Origin: Callorhinchus milii
Taxonomy: Eukaryota
Assembly (NCBI RefSeq): GCF_018977255.1
Contig: NW_024704742.1
Coordinates: 30,754,001 to 30,818,000 of the forward strand
Length of the DNA stretch: 64,000 nt
Direction: 5' to 3'
The notes under the pieces were generated by a model. That model was given only the letters and a program-made list of their open reading frames with translations, did no database searches and was not told the DNA's origin. Position numbers and translations under genes: made by a program. This document shows positions 26,246 through 38,997 of the stretch, in pieces (within the stretch, counting starts at the first letter, position 1; each line of letters opens with the position of its first letter).

Positions 26246-26927
26246 ATGGATAAGATATTGGAAGCCCTCATCACCTCTTCTCATCCCTTGCCTGTGAAGA
26301 AAGGGATTGTGAAGAAAGTGGTGGAGGCAGCTGAGAATTCTGTTGATCGGGAGCAATGCAAGGCCATGTTCGACCTGACCACCCGCTTGATTTTGCTGGG
26401 GGAAGACGGATTCCAAAAACAAGTGGGTCACCAAGTGCTCGAAGCCTACGCCAGATACCACCGTTCAGAATTTGAAGAGTTCTTCAACAAAGGATTTGTC
26501 CTGACCCTCCTTCAGCAAGGATACAAATCTTTAGATAAGAAGGATATTGTCATCATTGATTATATTCACATGGGATTGAAGTTAATAATGAGTTGCCCCT
26601 CCGTGCTAGAAATTTTTGGCTTCATGCATACTGAGGTTTTGCGAATAGTCTGTGAAAGACCTGAACCTTTGCTGTGTGCCAGGCTGAGTGAGTTGCTGTC
26701 TGATTTTGTACACTGTATCCCAAGGGGTAAATCTGCGGTGGTGTTTTGCCAACAGCTGGTCAGGACTATCAGCCAATTCCAGTGCACTGCAATACAGGAG
26801 GAAGAGATTCGGGCATTTATTTCTCAGGTGAATAAAGTAGGCAGTTTGCTGCAAAGTATTTGGAAATCTGAGCCAGCCGCACTTCTACCTTCTCTGCAAG
26901 AGGTTTTTGTCATTATTTCTGCTACTG
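26246..26927 (+). CDS. USP38: USP38 coding exon 1 (exon starts at 26209 after acceptor tttctcAG; ATG 26246, tandem ATG at 26243)
   Basis: Translates MDKILEALITSSHPLPVKKGIVKKVVEAAE...LLPSLQEVFVIISAT, closely matching the recalled vertebrate USP38 N-terminus (MDKILEGLVSSSHPLP...). Donor G|GTAAGG at 26928; 682 coding nt, phase 1. The second ATG has the stronger Kozak context (A at -3, G at +4). Confidence 0.96.
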
Positions 26928-28382
26928 GTAAGGAACAAATCTGCTCATGAAGATTTTACTCTTTCTCCATTCCCCTTGAAGTCTGCGTGTGCCTGATGGG
27001 AGAGTGACCATTGCACAAAAGAATTAATAATAACCCATTTAATTTCACTTATAGCTCAATCTTAAATAACCTGTAATATTTGTTAATTTGTAGATCAGTT
27101 TGTGAATTGAAATTGGCAGATTGGTTACCTCAGCTGATCCATTTTTGTGCAATTCTGTAACTTGTGTATTCTCTTCTCAATGGATGTCTCAATGGAGTAT
27201 CTGACCAGTGGGTCCTAGGAGCAGGACAGATGGAATGGAAATGCTTATGGAGAAGGGAAAACTTAACTTATGATGACTTTAATGGTACTTTGCTGTGTTC
27301 AAGCCCCACATGGGGGCTCAAGCTTGCAGTCTCGACTGACACTCAGTGTCGTACTGTGGGAGTGCTATATTAATTGGAGTTACTGACATTCAAGTGAGAC
27401 ATTAAGCCAAGGTCCTTTCTGCCTGTTCAGGTGGAAGCAAAAAATAATAATGATCCTTGCATTTGATATAGCGCCTTATAATAATAATCCTTGCATTTGA
27501 TATAGGGCTTTTCACGTCTTCTAGACGTCTCAAAGCGCTTCACAGAATGTGCTGTAAAGTGAATTGACTGTATATTTGTAGGCGAAATGCTACAGCCAAT
27601 TGCGTACAGCAATGTCCCACAAACAGTCGTGGATTGAAAATGACCAATTAATTTTTGTTTTTTGGAGGGATTATTATCACATCATCAAGACATCTCAAAG
27701 TACTTCGCAGAATATACTATAAAGTATCGTGACTGTGTATATTTTGTGGGTTAACCCAGCAGCCAATTTGCACACAGCAATTGGCACAGCCACAAGAGTG
27801 GCCAATTTATTTGGGGATTGTTGACCAGGATACTGATAAATATCCCTTCTCTTTTCAAATAATGCCATGGGATCTTTAACGTTCATTTGGAGAGGTGGAC
27901 AGGACCTTGGTGTAACGTCTCATCCGCAGGATGAGACTCCATGGCAGTACTGAAAAAATGTAGACATGGTTTGTAGAGATGTAGGGATTTCTCCTGATAT
28001 CCTGACCAACAATGATTTTGATGAATTGGTAATGCACTCCATAACTCTTTATGGGACTTTGCTGGTGCAAATGGCTGTAGTATCTGCCTAAAAACAGTAT
28101 CTTGTCATTGACCATGTTTACCTCTGAAGCTGTTTGAGATATTTGGACATGATTAAGTGCTATCATTGTGCAAGTTCTTCTTCACAGGCTCTTCACTTCT
28201 AGCTTGGGTTATAACCGACTGGTGGCAGAAAAAAAATGTTCTTCCAGCTATAGGCTTCTTCCTTACGGGGAGGGAGAATGAGGTAAACAGGGTCTCCTTG
28301 GAGTTGTTGCCTGGGATCCTTCTGATTGATTTCTTCTTTTTCTATCCCAGAGGTCCTCAAATTCTTGTCCTAGCTAAGTTGT

Positions 28383-28740
28383 GTGGAGTCCCGTAGTATA
28401 ATGGTTAGAGCACCCGCTTCTCAAGTGAGAGAAACCGGGTTTGATTTCCTGCCGGGCGAAACCTTAGGCATGTTTTCTTACTCCTCTGTTTACCTAGCAG
28501 TAAGTAGGAACCTGGTTATTAGTAGATTGCCGGATCGCTTTCCAGGGGTAATAATCCCTCCCAAAAAAACATTTGATCACTCAATCCACCACTGTTTGTG
28601 GGATGCTGCTGTGCCCAATTGGCTACTGCATTTCGTCTACAAAATACACAGTCAATTTACAGTATTCTGTGAAGCGCTTTGAGATGTCCCAATGACATGA
28701 TAAGACACTATATCAAATGTAATGATTATTATTTAGTATT
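28383..28740 (+). mobile_element. SINE family A
   Basis: Starts gtggagtcccgtag; homologous throughout. Confidence 0.85.
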
Positions 28741-30182
28741 ATCAGCCAATTCAGCATAAATAGTGTTTTAAGTTGAAGTGGTCTTATGCTAAAGTACTCA
28801 ACTGCAAGCTTTTAGAATAAAATGCTGGGCTTTGCAGTTGAGTACTTCAGGGTTAGGCCATTTGTAGGTCCTTCTCCTCATCGATTTCTCTTGCTGCTGG
28901 TGTACTAATGAGTACTTCAGCTGTAAATTCCTGAATATCCTCTGTAGCATGCTGTGTGTTCTGCATGTTGTTTGATTGTTTCTCTGTATAGCTGACCAGT
29001 GCTAGCTGTTCTTTTTGGGTGTTCTATAATGTACTATATAATATTTTTTGGGGTTAGACTGGTGTCTGACACGTGTGGAAAGCCATCATCAAGCTTAAGA
29101 GTATCCAAATCAAGCTGAAATGTTCATGCATCCCACCTACATATGGAATTCCAGAGATCGATTGATGCAATGTGCACCCTCTCCATGGAGGGAGTCACCC
29201 TGCTTACCTAATTCCAGAAAGTATTAGGCACAAGTTGGCAAGGGCCATGGGCTGAGCTGAGTAGGATGACTCCCTGCCCCCAGTGACTGGTCTGTCCAAT
29301 ACAATAATGTATCAGAGAATCGGTTCACTTGTCCACCCAGTGATTTCTTGACTGCCGTTATGCCGTGAAGTGAGGAAATCTGAGCAAATCACCCCTAACT
29401 GTTGTGGTGCACCTTCAGCCAAAACAACAACTTGCATTCACATACAGTAAAACTCACATAAATCATATGAGATGGGACAGTAACATTTAATATGGCTTAC
29501 TAAATGTCTGGAAGTCCAAGTTGCATGGAAACTATAAGTCATATAAAATCCGATTGAATCAATAATCTATACTGTGCAAGCGTAACTCAATGCAGCCGGG
29601 AAGTGCGCATGCAATGATAGGTCAAGACTACATTTCCTGCATGAGCACTTACCAGCGAGCATTGGAATTGCATTTAATAGTTCTTCTGCCAGTGCGTCGA
29701 CTGATCAAGATTGCTTTCCAACGATTCAGTGCAGTCGGACATTATGTGCGCTTGCGTCAATGGGTAAGGTTGTCATTTCCCACGATTAAATGCAGCTGGT
29801 AAGTGCGGGAGTAGGTGAGCGACGTTACAAGTTCAGGAGGTGATTAAAACGAGTAGGGCAAAGAAATCTAAGCGGTTTTGATAAGAAACTGAATGGGACT
29901 TGGGTGAATGTACGACTTATAAAGATAAGACTTTATACTGTAGTGCCTTTTGTGTAGGATAACGTCTCAGAGACCTTCACAATGGACGCTGAACAAAGGA
30001 GAAGGAAGTGGGAAGGGAGAACAGGAAGGTCACCGTAGGTGCAGTCAAAGAGGCAGGTATTGAGGTGGGATTTAAAGACCCAAAGAGGGAGGAAAGATGG
30101 GGAGGGATAGAGGAAGAGGTTCCAGGGGTTAGGGAAAATACCTCCTGGTGTCTGTCCTGAAACTTTGCAGATCTACATCTAT

Positions 30183-30570
30183 GTGGACTCCTGTCGCTTA
30201 GTGGTTAGAACACTCGCCATTCAAGCGAGAGGACTTTGGTTCGATTCCTGGGCAAGGCAAAGCATTTGGCAAGTTTCCTTACTCCACACGCCTCTGTTTA
30301 CCTAGTAGTAAGTAGGAATCTGGTTGTTAGTCGATTGTCAGATCGCTTTTCCGGGGGTAATAATCCCTTTGAAACAAAATAATCTTTTTTACGTAGTAAT
30401 AATTTGATCACTCAATCCACGACTGTTTGTGGGACACTTCTGTGCGCAATTGGCTGCAGTGTTTCCCCCACAAATATACAGTTAATTCACTTACAATATA
30501 TTCTGTAAAGTGCTTTGAGATGTCTCGAAGATGTGATAAGCACTATATCAGATGCAAGGATTATTATTAT
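30183..30570 (+). mobile_element. SINE family A
   Basis: A and B boxes (ggttcgattcc), body and ATT tail. Confidence 0.85.
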
Positions 30571-31027
30571 GTCCCCTTGTTCTTCTATGTCTTGATGAAT
30601 CCTGATGTATAGTTCTTGGTTGACTTTTTGAATTTTAAAAAAACACTCCATAAAGTCCCTTCTAAGATGTTTCCTTTCAAGATCGAAAAAATAGTCCATA
30701 AACATACTAAATCCAATTGAAATTTGTATGAAAAGGTACAGTATGATATTAGAAAATTAGATTCATCAGAACAGGCAGGCAAGACCTTGGTTTAATGTCT
30801 CATATGAACGACAGCAACTCTTAACACTACAGCATCTACCTCAGTACTGCACTGAACTCAGGAGGGTTCACGGACAACCTTTTTTTTGGTCTAGGACAGT
30901 TTTGGAGCTTAAATACTGTTGTGCAAGGATTGAGTCCTTATTTGTGTGAATTTGGTGTAACAGTGTAAATAGTACACTGCATTGATTTGCCAAACCAAAC
31001 ACCAGTAACTGTTTGTCCACTTTACAG

Positions 31028-31163
31028 ATTACTCTTTCGAACCATCTATCGCCCTAGCAAGCCTTGTTCAGCACATCCCATTGCAAATGATCGCAGTTCT
31101 CATTCGGAGTCTGATCACAGACCAAAACGTTAAAGATGCCAGTATGACTTGTGCTCTCTGCAG
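31028..31163 (+). CDS. USP38: USP38 coding exon 2
   Basis: Acceptor tttacAG; reads (D)YSFEPSIALASLVQHIPLQMIAVLIRSLITDQNVKDASMTCALC(R); donor AG|GTACAG; 136 nt and phase-compatible. Not in the ORF track. Confidence 0.95.
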
Positions 31164-31334
31164 GTACAGTTTAAATCAGTTTAACAAATATAATTGAAGA
31201 CAGGGAGAGGAGGATTTTTCTCTTTACCAAATCTTGATTTATGTTAAGGTATCAGAATATTTTTTGCACTTGTATTAACAATGGAATAATGTTTTTGTCC
31301 TTTAGAAATTGATCAATTCAAAATATTGGACTAG

Positions 31335-31680
31335 CAAGCTGTCTAGTGGATAATGTACTTTTGCCTCTGGTATTTGGGTTCACATCTAGTCCAACTGATG
31401 GGATGAAAGTCTTCTCCATTGGGTTTAAGGGCCCTATATAAATTTAGTCTCAGCTTATTTCTACAGTGCAAAACTACCCAAATATGGGACTCAATGGTTA
31501 ATCTCTCTCAGGACACAGAATAGCTTCTGTGAGAAATAGAAAATTCTCTTGTGATACAGTAGGGATTCTCTCCAGAGATTAGAGTTGAAGAGAATTGTTG
31601 AAGCAGAGAAGTAGGTACTCCTATTGTAAAGCCACGCTATGTCTGATCTGAGAGTGCTGGATGCTGGCGCTAGATGTCTG
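31335..31680 (+). mobile_element. Old LF-SINE-like element
   Basis: ttttgcctctggtatttgggttcacatctagtccaactgatgggatgaaagtc...ctctccagagattagagttgaag...tgatctgagagtgctggatgctg resembles the recalled LF-SINE-type consensus; heavily diverged. Confidence 0.5.
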
Positions 31681-31942
31681 TAATTGTCCTATTCCAATTT
31701 TCCAGCATCGATATCCCTAATCTTGATGAGAATGTGGAGTGGGAGTAACATCGATTTAAAACTTTTTTAAAAAAAATGTAAGACTTTAAGGAATAGGGAA
31801 ATGGGACATGATGATCTAAATATATGTGATGAGATGTAAAGTGGGGGGGTAAGGGGAGAGCTCCACACTTTATTAGCATTTGTGTTTGTTTTTTGATCGT
31901 GTGTAAGCTTACTTTTGCTCCCAAATCTTTTGTTGTCTGCAG

Positions 31943-32072
31943 GATGATTGACTGGCTGTCCTGGCCATTGGCTCAGCATGTAGAGACCTGGGTGACTGCA
32001 CTGCTGAAGGGACTGGCTTCTGTCCAGAAGTTCACTATCCTCATAGATGTCACGCTGCTTAAAATTGAACAG
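31943..32072 (+). CDS. USP38: USP38 coding exon 3
   Basis: Acceptor tctgcAG; MIDWLSWPLAQHVETWVTALLKGLASVQKFTILIDVTLLKIEQ; donor AG|GTATGG; 130 nt. Confidence 0.95.
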
Positions 32073-33869
32073 GTATGGCACAACCCAAGCATGATTACTT
32101 TTTTGTTACATGATACGTCAAACCATACCTCAATAATGACATCCATCCCCTCTTCTCCATCACTGACGGCCATGCTTTCAGCCCTGAATTTCTGGAACTC
32201 CCTGTGTCAATCCCTCCATCTTGCCCCCTCTTTGCCCGCTATGAGATGCTATCAGCATGAGGGGTGCTAAATAAATGCAATTTGTTGTTATACTGCACAC
32301 CTAACCGCTACTTTATGGCCCTTCACTCACACAAGTTTTTTTATTTTAACAAAAAAACTGATTTATTTTAAATCTATATTCTGTATTGACCATGTTGTTG
32401 AAGTAAATTTAACTTTCATACATTTGTCTGACACATGATTAATATGATTTTATTGTGTTGCGGCAATGCCCATCCATCTGTGGAGACTGACTTGTAATTG
32501 AATAACGTTCAACTTAATGAGCAAGGTGTCATGTTCTCCCCTTCCTGGATTGCTTGCTTCCTTTTTAAGTTGTGGGCCTTTGTCCCTCACACTCTTTCTG
32601 TATGTCACACCCTCTGTATATACTGTTGGTGTATCTGTTAGTGATGTGCTAAATTACCAACTAAATTTAATTTCCACTATCAGGCCACCACGTACATTTT
32701 AAACGGAAAGGGGTTCTGATTGAGTGAACGCTAAATAAGAATAATCCTTACATTTGGTATAAGTGCCTTTCACGTCAGGAGTTGCCCTAACGCGTCACAG
32801 GATATACTGTGTATAAGTAGGCGAACATGGCAACCCAAATGTGCACAGCAATGGCAAATAGCCATGAGTAAGTGACCAATTTTATCTGGGAGGGAATGTT
32901 AGCCAGGACACCAGGAGAAACTCCCTTCTCTTTTTGAGTAGTGCCATGGAAATCGTTAATGTTCATCTGAACAGGCATACGGCACCTCAGTTTAACATCT
33001 CATCCAAAGGACACCACCTCTATCAATGTGACACACCCCTAGCACTGCGTGGAAGTGTCACTTTACACTATGTGAGTTGAAGTCCTACCTTTTGAACTAC
33101 AACCCTCTGTTTCAGGCGAGAAAACTACCAACTGAGCAAGGCTGACACATCTGCAGTCACCTGAATTGTGAACCACATTAATCTAGAGAATTAATATGAG
33201 CATGTGGTTCCCTAGAAACAAACCAAAAAAATTGGGAATGTGAATTTTTTTTTGTGTAAGGCAGCATTCCTGTGACAATTATTGTGAAACTAGCATTGTA
33301 TTGTTTGCTGGTTCAGACCTACAACAACACTAAATTACATTTGTATAATGCCCTTCACATTGGAAAGTCGTCCCAGGGCGCTGGACAATCCCGGATTTTG
33401 AACCCGAGTTGGGATCAGGAGGGTTGGAGGCCATTGGCCGAAGGCACAGTCGAAGAGGAAGGTCTTTAGACAGGCCTTGAAGCAGGCAAGTTTGGGAGTG
33501 AGGCGGAGTAATTATGGGATAGAGTTCCAGAGTGTGGGGGCAGAGATGCTGAATGCTCGACCGCCAATGGTGGGGCGGGAAGTGCAGGGGACCTGGAGCA
33601 GGCTGGTGTCCTACCTACAAGCAAGTCCCTACAGAGACTTGAGTCTCCAGTTGCCTCCATATACTGTAGATCTGAGTCAATGTTGTAAAATCGCCAAGTT
33701 GGTGTGAGCAAGTCTCACCCCATTCCACATCCACGAGGAGGCTTTGACATCACGCAGTAAGCATCACAGTGACATTGAAGCATTGATACATAGTCGATGT
33801 TAAAACGTTTCGTTTCTGCCAACTAGTAGCAGAACCACAGGCTTTTATAGTGATTCTGCTGCAGTTATG

Positions 33870-34160
33870 GAAACATAGAAGCAGGAATAGGCCATTCAGT
33901 CCATGGCTGATCTGTACCTTAAGTCCAATTACCTGCCCTTGTCCCGTATCCCTCAATATCCTGACCTAACCAATAGCCATCCACCTCAGTCTTGAAGATG
34001 TGAATGGATCCAGGATTCACAACCTTTTGGGGGAGAGTTCCAGATTTCCACTACCCTTTGAGCGAAAAACTGCCTCCTGATTTCACAAGTTGTGGATTCC
34101 CCCGCCAGAGGGAATAGTTTCCCTGCATCTAGCCTATCGAATCCCTTTATTATTTTAAAA
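33870..34160 (-). mobile_element. CR1 3' fragment
   Basis: Typical CR1 3' UTR (aacatagaagcaggaataggccattcag...gagagttccagatttccactaccctttg). It resembles the opposite-strand copy at 51670-52030. Confidence 0.65.
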
Positions 34161-34894
34161 TAATATTGTTATCTGTTAACCAGCAATTCTGCTATCAATA
34201 TCTGGGAAGAGAACATTGCAAAACACATCCAATACCTTTTAAGTCGGATCATAATGCACGTGCAGAATGTCATTTGACCCAATGGCCTTTTAGAGATCCC
34301 AGAAAAACAAGTCATTTGGCTTTTGGGAGTTCCAGGAGCCCTGACAAAATGCAGTGGAATAGCCATCCTAGATAAGTTATGTTGTGACCAAACCAACCTC
34401 TACATTCTGGGCTGGCTGCAAGAATTTTTTTTTGAGCCAGATTTCTTAAAATCACGCTCGCCTCCAAAATAGACCTTGGGAATCAGATATGAAATGGGAC
34501 CAGTTAAATAAAAACGTTTTAAAACCAGAAAAGGGTTAAGAGATGATGGTTGAAAGTAAAGGTTTACAGCGATGTATCAAATGTAAAGCTACTTCTGACA
34601 TCCAAATAACTTTACTACTACAACAGCCTTTATTTCAGTGTCACAATGTATGAGTTGACAAACATACAAAACCGATTGCCCCAGGGAGATTGGAATTAGT
34701 CCAGACCTGGCAGCATAATGGTCGATTGCGTCAACATTTAAGGGGACACAAGAGAAATAAGAATTTGATTACAAGGCATATTATATCTTGATACAGTATG
34801 ATGACTCAACTTTTGACCTCCTGATGTGGATAGAATATAGGAAGGTCCTTGTTGGAGAGCTCGTAGACGTCTGTGTCTGTGGCTGATTCATGGA

Positions 34895-35312
34895 GCAGGA
34901 TTCTTGCCTCTGAGCCAGAGGTTGTGGGTTCAAGCCCCACGTCAGAATTTTGAATCCACATACTCTGGACTGCATTCCAATGAAGTGCTGAGGATGTGCT
35001 GCATTGCGAGAGGGGCCATCGTTTGAATGAGATATTAAACCCAGGTCACGTCTGCCTGTCCAGGTGGATGTTAAAGATCCTATGGCACTTTTTGACAAGG
35101 GGAGTTTCTCCTGGTGTCCTGGCCATTGATCCCCCAGGTAAAATTGTCCATTCACGTCATGCCCGTTTGGAGTACATTACTGCGCACAAATTGGCTGTCA
35201 CATTTGCCTACAAAATCCAATCACTACACTTCACAGTATATCCTGTGAAGGCGCTGTGAGACACTTCCTGGCGAGAAAGATGCTGTATCAAATGCAAGGA
35301 TTATTATTATTA
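34895..35312 (+). mobile_element. Deu-domain-type tRNA SINE family B (SacSINE1/AmnSINE1-like)
   Basis: cctctgagccagaggttgtgggttcaagcccc head, then gagatattaaacccagg...caggtggatgttaaagatcctatggcact...ggagtttctcctggtgtcctggcca, resembling the recalled Deu domain. Same tail as family A. Confidence 0.75.
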
Positions 35313-35514
35313 TGAATGTTGATACATTGTTCTAATGTGGAACCATCGGTGTTGCATAACAAACTATGATTTGATAATATTCGGTGTTGAAAACAAATAC
35401 AACTACTTTTTTAAAGTATTTGATTGTTAGCTTATCCCAAGATTGTTTCGGGCCTTTTTCTCTTTTTTTCACTCCGTCCTCCCATGCCTCCAAAACCACC
35501 AATTATATACGAAA

Positions 35515-35725
35515 CGCAAAATACTGCAGATGCTGGAAATCCGAAAACAAAAACAGAAGTTGCTGGAAACATTCAGGTCTGGCAGCATCGAATCTGACGA
35601 AGGGTCATGGACCCGAAACGTTGACAGTTCTGACGAATGGTTGTAGTCCGGAAACATTGACTCACTTTACATAGACGCTCCCTGACCTGCTGAGTTTTCC
35701 CAGTGACTTCTGTTACTGTTTCCGC
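35515..35725 (+). mobile_element. Penelope-like element terminal remnant (foldback) with two hammerhead ribozyme cores
   Basis: Inverted arms at about 35552-35589 and 35674-35714 enclose CTGACGA-a-GGGTC-atg-GACCC-GAAACGTT and a second CTGACGA...GAAACATT. Confidence 0.7.
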
Positions 35726-36413
35726 CAATTATATAATTGTCACATCACCTGAAGCTGAAAGGAATTGCAGTATTGTAGTTTGTGAAAATTCTCTCTTCTT
35801 GGTTATCTTTTTGAGCTGATCTGGAGGATTTATTGACCTCTCCCTCTGGTACCAACTGAATTTACAGCTGACTCCTCTTTGAAACGCTGACTTACTGTGA
35901 GATCTCAGGTCCCTTTGATCTCTCTTCACAACACGTTTTGTCAGATTTCTTCTTCATTTTGTTCACAAGGCACAGCACTCATTGTGTTCCATTCAGTATT
36001 AGTTAGATGAAAGCTGAGTTTGCAATGGTCCTGTGTGCTTGTTCACAAGTTGATGATTTGCTGACTCAAAACCCAAGTCTAATCGTGTTTTATCCAGTGC
36101 CTGGCTCAGTGATAGAACTCTTACCTCTGGATTTACTTTCTCAATCCCATTTAGCACCTTATATGCATTTTATAAGGTTCCAAAGCTTAACCTATGTGCT
36201 TGTTCCTTATTAGCCGAAAGCATTTTTAGTTTCTCATTAATTGAAATATTGTCATACAGGCATTTTTTTTCGGCATGTTCTGGTAGCTTAGACTATAATA
36301 GACTGAAAGGAATTGCAGTATTGTAGTTTGTGAAAAACATGTCTGTGAAACAGTTTATGATGCTTCAAAATCTTCCCCTGTTCTTTACAGCTGATTTTAT
36401 TTTTTCTGTGCAG

Positions 36414-36515
36414 GTATTTCATCGTCTCTGGTACCCAATAGTGAGACCTGGTGCTTTAGCTGTCCTGTCTCACATGCTGCTCAGCTTTCAGCATTCTCCA
36501 GAAGCCTTTCACCTG
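36414..36515 (+). CDS. USP38: USP38 coding exon 4
   Basis: Acceptor tgtgcAG; VFHRLWYPIVRPGALAVLSHMLLSFQHSPEAFHL; donor CTG|GTAAGT; 102 nt. Confidence 0.95.
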
Positions 36516-37713
36516 GTAAGTACCTAGTGTGCACGTTTATGCATGTGTAAATTGTGATTTTAAATGGTACATTTTCAACTGCAGGACTTTAGGTCTACTA
36601 ATCCACACTCACCACAGTCACTGCAGTCAATATGTAGGGTCTCCAGTGGTTAGAAACTAAGCTCAAGTTCATCCAAGATTGTTTTTGATATGTGCAGTAA
36701 TGGTTAGCATGGGTACTTTCAAGAGGAATTGAATAGGCTTTTCATAGCAATGGGACTTGTTTTTCTGTGGATGTATGTATGTGGTGGGGGCGTGGCGGGC
36801 GGTTGGTGGAGAGAAATAGGCAGCAGAGATGGTATTTTAAAATGATCTTTTCTGATCTTGCTGACTCCTGTGTTGCTATGTTTGACTTTGCTTCCACATT
36901 GGAAGAATTTTTTTGTTCCCCAGCACTGGAATGATTTCAAGGAAGAAGTTTGTGGTGTAATACACTTTGTGTATCAGATTTTACTTTTTACAGGATCAGA
37001 AAAGATTATCACAGTCCATCTAGCCAGTCCCAAAGTGAAAATAAACCGTGCTCCATTCTGCAAGTCAATTGATTTCTTCACCAAATATATGGAAAATATA
37101 TTTTCCATATCTTAAGATTGCTTTCCCTGTACCCTCTGCAATTCTTCCATTCTTTTTTCTGCCACATCTTACCCATCCCTCTCTCTGTTTTATGCTGAAC
37201 TGATCCAAACTTTCCCCCTTCTCATTGCCCCATTGGCGATAAAATTAAAACTCTCCAACTCATTCTTTTCCGGAGCTTCACTGTTCCCGAGCTCCTTGCC
37301 TCCCCTCCCTCAATCAAATAGCTCTTCTACAATCTACCCACTTTCAAAACCCAAGCTTGCTGCCGCCCGACCTGTTTTTTTGTTAATCTTTTCCATGTTG
37401 GTGCACCTAAATTATCAAGAGGAAGATTGTGCATGTGTTTTGATAACTGCACCATAACTAATAGAATGGTTAAGTTCTGCATGATCAGTGCTGCACTGAC
37501 TTTCCAGAAATTGTACTCTTTGCTATACTCCCTCAGCTTCATGCCACCACCCAAAAGGCACTGAACTAAATACAAGGATTATTATTATGATTTTCAAATC
37601 AGAGGCAAGAGTGTTAGCAACCGAGCCAGACTGACATGCAGCCATGAAGTGACTGACTAGTTTTATCCGTTGTACCTCATTGCACTTGTGACACCAAACT
37701 GGTTTCTCCACAG

Positions 37714-37872
37714 ATTGTTCCTCACATAATCAAGCTGGTCCAGTTCCTGAAAGAAGAAGCTATGCCTTCAAGTAAAATCTTCCTGATGCAGTTGACTGAG
37801 CTGGTACATTGTATGATGTACCAGTATTCTGGCTTCCCTGATCTCTATGAACCTATTCTTGAGGTCATCAAG
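37714..37872 (+). CDS. USP38: USP38 coding exon 5
   Basis: Acceptor ctccacAG; IVPHIIKLVQFLKEEAMPSSKIFLMQLTELVHCMMYQYSGFPDLYEPILEVIK; donor AAG|GTAAAA; 159 nt. Confidence 0.95.
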
Positions 37873-38394
37873 GTAAAAATCTGAGCAACTACTTTTTGAG
37901 TTTAAATAATTCTGTATTGGGCACAATGTGTACAATGCGAGCTGCTGGTGCAATATTGTTTCCCAGGACCAAAAGTCTTGGACACTCAGCACTTTCCTCC
38001 CAGGATGAAATGTAGGCTCTTAAAATCCAAATTTGTCAGCATCTATGTCGGCAACCACCTCTTGTTGATTATCCTCGTCTTCTCCCAATTTGTCTCCCCT
38101 GCTGTTAGGGTTCTCAGCCCTTCATTTGGGTGTGTTCAATAAAAAAAAACAGAAAACATCAGATTCAGTTACAGGCCTTTTGTCTCTTTTCCCTCCCTAA
38201 CCTCCTTTTGTCCCCCTGCTCCGAATTATTTTACTGCTGGATTTCAAATCCTCTCCAACGACATAAATGGCGCACGTCTGTTACATTTAGGTTCCCCCTA
38301 AAGGGGGTTACCAGTGTAGATGGGGATGGGGAGACAGAAAAAACCCCAGCAAGCAACAACCCTCTCACAGGAATCTTATATCTCATATCTGCTG

Positions 38395-38997
38395 TCTGCA
38401 CGCAAATGCAGCTGAAATCCTCGTGCATGCGTTTGTCATCTCCCACCTGGATTATTCAAACTCACTCCTCACCGGTCTCCCCAGCTCCACCATTCAAAAG
38501 ATCCAACTCATTCAGAACTCTGGCACCCACATACTGATCTGGACCAAATTGCGTACCCACATCTCACCAGTTCTGGCCAGACTCTACTGGCTCCCCATCA
38601 CTCAACAGATCAACTTCAAGATCCTCACTCTCATGTTCAAATCCATTCACTCTCTGGCACCTCCCTACCTCCCCGACCTCCTCACTCCCCAATCCACCAC
38701 CCGACGCCTCCACTCGACTGACACTGGCCTCCTGCTCATCCCTCGCACCCTCCACCCCATCGTCGGAGGTCGTGTTTTCAGCCACTGCACCCCGAAACTC
38801 TGGAACACTCAATCCCTCCGCCTTGCCCCCTCTCTTTTTCCCCTTTTTCAATTCCCACCTGAAGACCTTTGACTGTGCTTATGGCCTCCCCACTCCCCTC
38901 CCCCCTCCCAGCTCGGAGTCAGGCCCCCCTACTGTTAAGTGCTCTGAGATGCTATCCTGCGTGGAGGGCACTACATAAGTGCAAGTTGTTGTTGTTG
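38395..38997 (+). mobile_element. L2 LINE 3' fragment
   Basis: HAFVISHLDYSNSLLTGLP...HISPVLARLYWLPI...FKIL...PKLWN; ends gcaagttgttgttgttg. Confidence 0.9.
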
